A stretch of DNA of 64,000 nt from Syntrophorhabdaceae bacterium. Its GTDB lineage: Bacteria; Desulfobacterota; Syntrophorhabdia; Syntrophorhabdales; Syntrophorhabdaceae. Each line of letters starts with the position of its first letter. Position 1 is the first letter of the stretch. Below are positions 60,645 to 64,000 of the stretch, one piece after another. The notes beneath the pieces were generated by a model. The model did not search any database, had not been told where the DNA came from, and was given only the letters and a program-made list of their open reading frames with translations. A program made the position numbers and the translations under genes. Where the stretch lies: NCBI GenBank assembly GCA_963665295.1, contig OY762209.1:3104001-3168000 (forward strand). Direction: 5' to 3'.

Positions 60645-62753
60645 GTGACGGAGACTGGGAAGGAGCCTGGTTTAACGGTAAATCTCGACAAGATAAGTGC
60701 GCTTTTTTTCTTGATAGACCGGGAAAGCAAGGTGGTGGACGCCAACCGCGGAGCTTGTCAAACTCTCGGATATAGCCGTGAAGAACTCACCAAAATGTCC
60801 ATACCCGATGTGATGGACCGTTTCCCCCATGAGGCGTGGTTTGACCACTGGGAACAGGTGAGGGAAATCGGTTCAATGGCTTTTGAATGCGACTATCGCA
60901 TGAGAACAGGGGCGACTTTTTGCGCGGAAACCACTGCGGATCTATTAAAGATGGGTGAAGAACAATACGTTGTATGGTCCGCCCTCGAGATCAGAAGACA
61001 GAAGAGACTCGAGGATTACCTTCGGAGAACTGATGAAAGATATCGGACTATTTTCGAAAACGCCCCTGTAGGAATGTATCAGACTTCGCTGGATGGGCGT
61101 TTCATTACGGCCAACCGCGCTGTTGCTCGTCTGGTTGGATACCGGTCATCCGAAGAACTGATGCAAGCGGTTACGGACATAGGGACGGAAATTTACGCCG
61201 ATCCCCAGGATCGGGCCGAACTGATACGGTTATTGTGCGAACGCGACTCTGTTCAAAGTTTTGAGTCGCGGTATCGTCGTCAGGACGGCAGCACTGTTCG
61301 TGTGGCAATGGACGCCAGGATCGTGCGGAACGAAAGGGGCAATCCCAGATTTATCGAGGGATTCGTCCGGGATATCGCTCCGGAAGGACAGACGGATAGG
61401 TCGGCCCGAAGCCTTGGAAACAGACCCGGCGAAGGGACGACTTTACGATTCACCGGCAGAATGTCGGACCACCGGAAAGGGAGCCAAGGACTGCCCCTGA
61501 AGCCTGAGAAGCCGAAGGGATTCGAAGTACCACTCCACGAGGCAAAGGCATACTGCCAGGCCCTATTTGAGGAAACAAGAGATTCCGTCTGTATCATTGA
61601 CGCCGCCAAAGGGGACGTTCTGGATGTGAATCCTGCGGGAGTGAAGATGTTCGGGAGGCCGAAAAGTGAAATAGTGGGCAAACAGATGATGTCGTTGCAT
61701 ACCTCAAAACAAGGTAATCCATCGGAAGGGACGCTTCTGGAGATAACGGGCTATCCGAAGGGCCATCCGATTCAAGCATCCCTGGTGGGTGGAGACGGAA
61801 GAGTTTTACCGGTAGAGGCAAAGTCACGCATAATCGATCTTCCTTGTGGAGACAGGATAGTGCTTGCCTTTTTCAGGGACTTAAGCGAGAGGGAACAGAT
61901 GGAGAACTCCCTGACTCAAAGCGAGAAACGGTTCAGTGCGGTTGCGGAAAACACAGTCGATTGGATCTGGGAGACTGATGGAGACGGCAGATATGTTTAC
62001 TCCAACGGGGCTGTCGAAAATATGTTGGGATACTCCCCCGGGGAGATATGTGGAAAGGCGTGCCACGAACTGCTCCCCCTCGACCGGGATAGGCTCAAGG
62101 ATGTGGACCCGCACGTTTTGTCCGAAGGGGAGGAGTACAAGGGGCGCTTAAGAGAGGTTCTTCACCGAGATGGCCGCCTCGTATGTATGGAGTCCAGTGC
62201 CACGCCGGTCATGGACGATCAGGGACGATGGGCGGGGTATCGCGGTGTTGACAAGGATGTCACGGACCTGCTTGAACTGGAGAAGAAAATGCTCGACCGG
62301 GATGAAGAACTGATAAAGAAGAACATTGCCTTGAAGGAACTGGAGATAGGATTGAAGATGCTCCTTGACCGGGTGGAACAGGATAAGAAAGCATATGAGG
62401 CCAGGATTGTGGAAAATATGAGCCGTCTGGTTTTGCCGTACCTTGAGAAAATCAGGGGAAATCACCTGAACCCTGAAGTAGAGGAACTGCTGGAAATAGT
62501 ACACGCTAACCTCAACAACGTACTGTCTCCCTTCCTTCAAAAGATACACGCGCGGTTTACGACCCTCACCCAGAACGAGATCACCGTGGCAAACCTCATA
62601 AGAAACGGAAAAAGTATCAAAGAGATCTCCAACCTGATGGGCCTATCGGAGAGCGGAGTCAATTTTCACCGACAAAGCATCAGGAACAAGTTGGGGTTGC
62701 GAAACAATAAGACCAGTCTTTATACCTACTTACTCTCACTGTCGGATCAATGA
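60645..62753 (+). CDS. Multi-PAS sensor with C-terminal LuxR-type HTH (one-component regulator)
   Basis: Four PAS-like repeats, coiled coil, 'LTQNEITVANLIRNGKSIKEI...VNFHRQSIRNKLGL'. Confidence 0.9.
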   Translation: MTETGKEPGLTVNLDKISALFFLIDRESKVVDANRGACQTLGYSREELTKMSIPDVMDRFPHEAWFDHWEQVREIGSMAFECDYRMRTGATFCAETTADLLKMGEEQYVVWSALEIRRQKRLEDYLRRTDERYRTIFENAPVGMYQTSLDGRFITANRAVARLVGYRSSEELMQAVTDIGTEIYADPQDRAELIRLLCERDSVQSFESRYRRQDGSTVRVAMDARIVRNERGNPRFIEGFVRDIAPEGQTDRSARSLGNRPGEGTTLRFTGRMSDHRKGSQGLPLKPEKPKGFEVPLHEAKAYCQALFEETRDSVCIIDAAKGDVLDVNPAGVKMFGRPKSEIVGKQMMSLHTSKQGNPSEGTLLEITGYPKGHPIQASLVGGDGRVLPVEAKSRIIDLPCGDRIVLAFFRDLSEREQMENSLTQSEKRFSAVAENTVDWIWETDGDGRYVYSNGAVENMLGYSPGEICGKACHELLPLDRDRLKDVDPHVLSEGEEYKGRLREVLHRDGRLVCMESSATPVMDDQGRWAGYRGVDKDVTDLLELEKKMLDRDEELIKKNIALKELEIGLKMLLDRVEQDKKAYEARIVENMSRLVLPYLEKIRGNHLNPEVEELLEIVHANLNNVLSPFLQKIHARFTTLTQNEITVANLIRNGKSIKEISNLMGLSESGVNFHRQSIRNKLGLRNNKTSLYTYLLSLSDQ

Positions 62754-63159
62754 TAGTATTTACTAGCATAGAACTATCTTTATTCTGTAATGCAGTATGT
62801 AATTTTTTCTGATAGCCTAGAACAATAATACTTTTCTCGGAACAGGCTGGCAGTTTTTCTTATGGCGTTGCATGGCATACGTGAAGGGGGATTCACTGGA
62901 ATGCGTGAGATGAGCCGGAGAGCGACAAGAAACAGCTGAAACTCCGGATATCTGCGTCTACTCTGTTGTTCCCATCCTTCACACAAGCCAAGTGGTATTC
63001 GTATCGTTAGAAGGTCTGCATTTCTCGAATTCAGGGCGTGAAATGTGGTCGATATGGCGGTAGCCTGCCCCGGAGTAAGGCAGAGCCTGGAGGTACACGA
63101 TTCTTTCATCAACTTCAGGTTTGTGCGTGTTAAGGCAAATCATGAAAGAGGAGGAGAAC

Positions 63160-63996
63160 ATGAGCAGAAAAAGTCTTAGACCGGTAACGGCCATCGTTTT
63201 GGCGATCAGCTTTTTGGCATACTCCCAGTTGGTTCTTTCCGCGGAGGTGACCGGCAGATTGCTGGGAGCGGCGGTGGGTTCTCAGGACGCAGCCATAAAG
63301 ACGTCCCTCGGCACGTGGGTTCCAATCGCAGGCAAAACATATCCGGTGGTGGACGGGGCAGGCTTGAAGACCCAGACCGGCGTTCTGCTTATCGCCATGA
63401 AAGACAGCACGAAGATCAATGTGGGGAAAAAGTCGAGCCTTACAATACATGGGAAGAGCGGCCAATATTCCGTTAAATTGGACTCGGGCGGGATCGTCTT
63501 CGTGCTGCCGGAAAGCGCCGGTTTCACCATAGCTACCCGTACTGCGTCGGTAAGAGTCCAGGCGACAAAGGGGACCGTTCAAAAGGTCCGGGTGAACTCG
63601 CAAAATGACCGGGTTGGTGTCGTGGTGTTTGATGGGACAGGCACGAGAGTATCGTCAATCAATGGAGACTTCATGGTGGTCAACGCAACAGGCCTCACTA
63701 ACCACGCACTTTCAAAGGGCAGTGCGGTTTATGTCGCAGGCGTGGAAGAGGGGTTTGCAGTCAAGAAGGTACAGTTGGCGGAAGAGGATAAGGACGATGC
63801 GGCGGCCGCTACAGGCGGTGTAGTAGCGGGTGGTGCGGCCGCAGGCGGCGCGGCAGCGGCAGGAGGTCTCAGCACGGGTGCCGTACTAGGCATGGTAGCG
63901 GGTGGCGCGGCCCTGGCGGCAGGGGGGATCGCGGCTGCGAATAGTAGCGGCGGCGGCGGTTCCACGCTGGTGCCGGCCAGTCCTTCGACGCCGTAG
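63160..63996 (+). CDS. Exported FecR-like beta-rich protein with Ala/Gly-rich C-terminal tail
   Basis: GAGGAG SD, signal peptide, 'DSTKINVGKKSSL..LDSGGIVF..FTIATRTASV' pattern, low-complexity tail. Confidence 0.6.
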   Translation: MSRKSLRPVTAIVLAISFLAYSQLVLSAEVTGRLLGAAVGSQDAAIKTSLGTWVPIAGKTYPVVDGAGLKTQTGVLLIAMKDSTKINVGKKSSLTIHGKSGQYSVKLDSGGIVFVLPESAGFTIATRTASVRVQATKGTVQKVRVNSQNDRVGVVVFDGTGTRVSSINGDFMVVNATGLTNHALSKGSAVYVAGVEEGFAVKKVQLAEEDKDDAAAATGGVVAGGAAAGGAAAAGGLSTGAVLGMVAGGAALAAGGIAAANSSGGGGSTLVPASPSTP

Positions 63997-64000
63997 CAGA

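Noticed and set aside
63790..63960. GC-rich GCG/GGC quasi-repeats
   Set aside because: Codons of the Ala/Gly tail of the last gene; not CRISPR or a mobile repeat

Overview
A 64-kb, moderately GC-rich bacterial chromosome segment from a Gram-negative anaerobe. Gene content suggests Desulfobacterota/Syntrophorhabdus-like deltaproteobacteria (inference). In order: (1) a TRAP transporter plus an anaerobic nicotinate-catabolism cluster (Mo-hydroxylase, enamidase, 6-hydroxynicotinate reductase, UPF0280, DUF1185); (2) bamA-skp-lpxD-fabZ-lpxA-gnnA-like-lpxB-msbA-DUF374(frameshifted at an A9 run)-waaA-mazG; (3) csp, cobA/hemD, FmdB and polysaccharide genes; (4) engB, pyrE, purF, macro domain, pyk, a NarL/GacA-type regulator and a UDPGP-family pyrophosphorylase; (5) hisAFI-pgpA-cinA-thpR-recA-alaS-Crp; (6) a nitrogen locus: GAF-GAF-ANTAR, sigma factor, TorF-like porin, small ORF, amtB, glnK, with ANTAR-type RNA hairpins and a repeated bipartite promoter-like motif; (7) a porin; an unannotated 40-aa ORF with two in-frame UGA codons and an fdhF-like SECIS hairpin directly upstream of a radical SAM/SPASM enzyme (candidate selenocysteine RiPP system); a frameshifted pfk; acuC; a PAS-LuxR regulator and a FecR-like protein. 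No rRNA, tRNA, CRISPR array or mobile element was recognised. The two best leads are the seleno-peptide/rSAM pair (54063-55334) and the ANTAR-gated sigma-factor cascade for ammonium uptake (46350-52107). All product calls come from motif and family recognition by eye, not from database searches.
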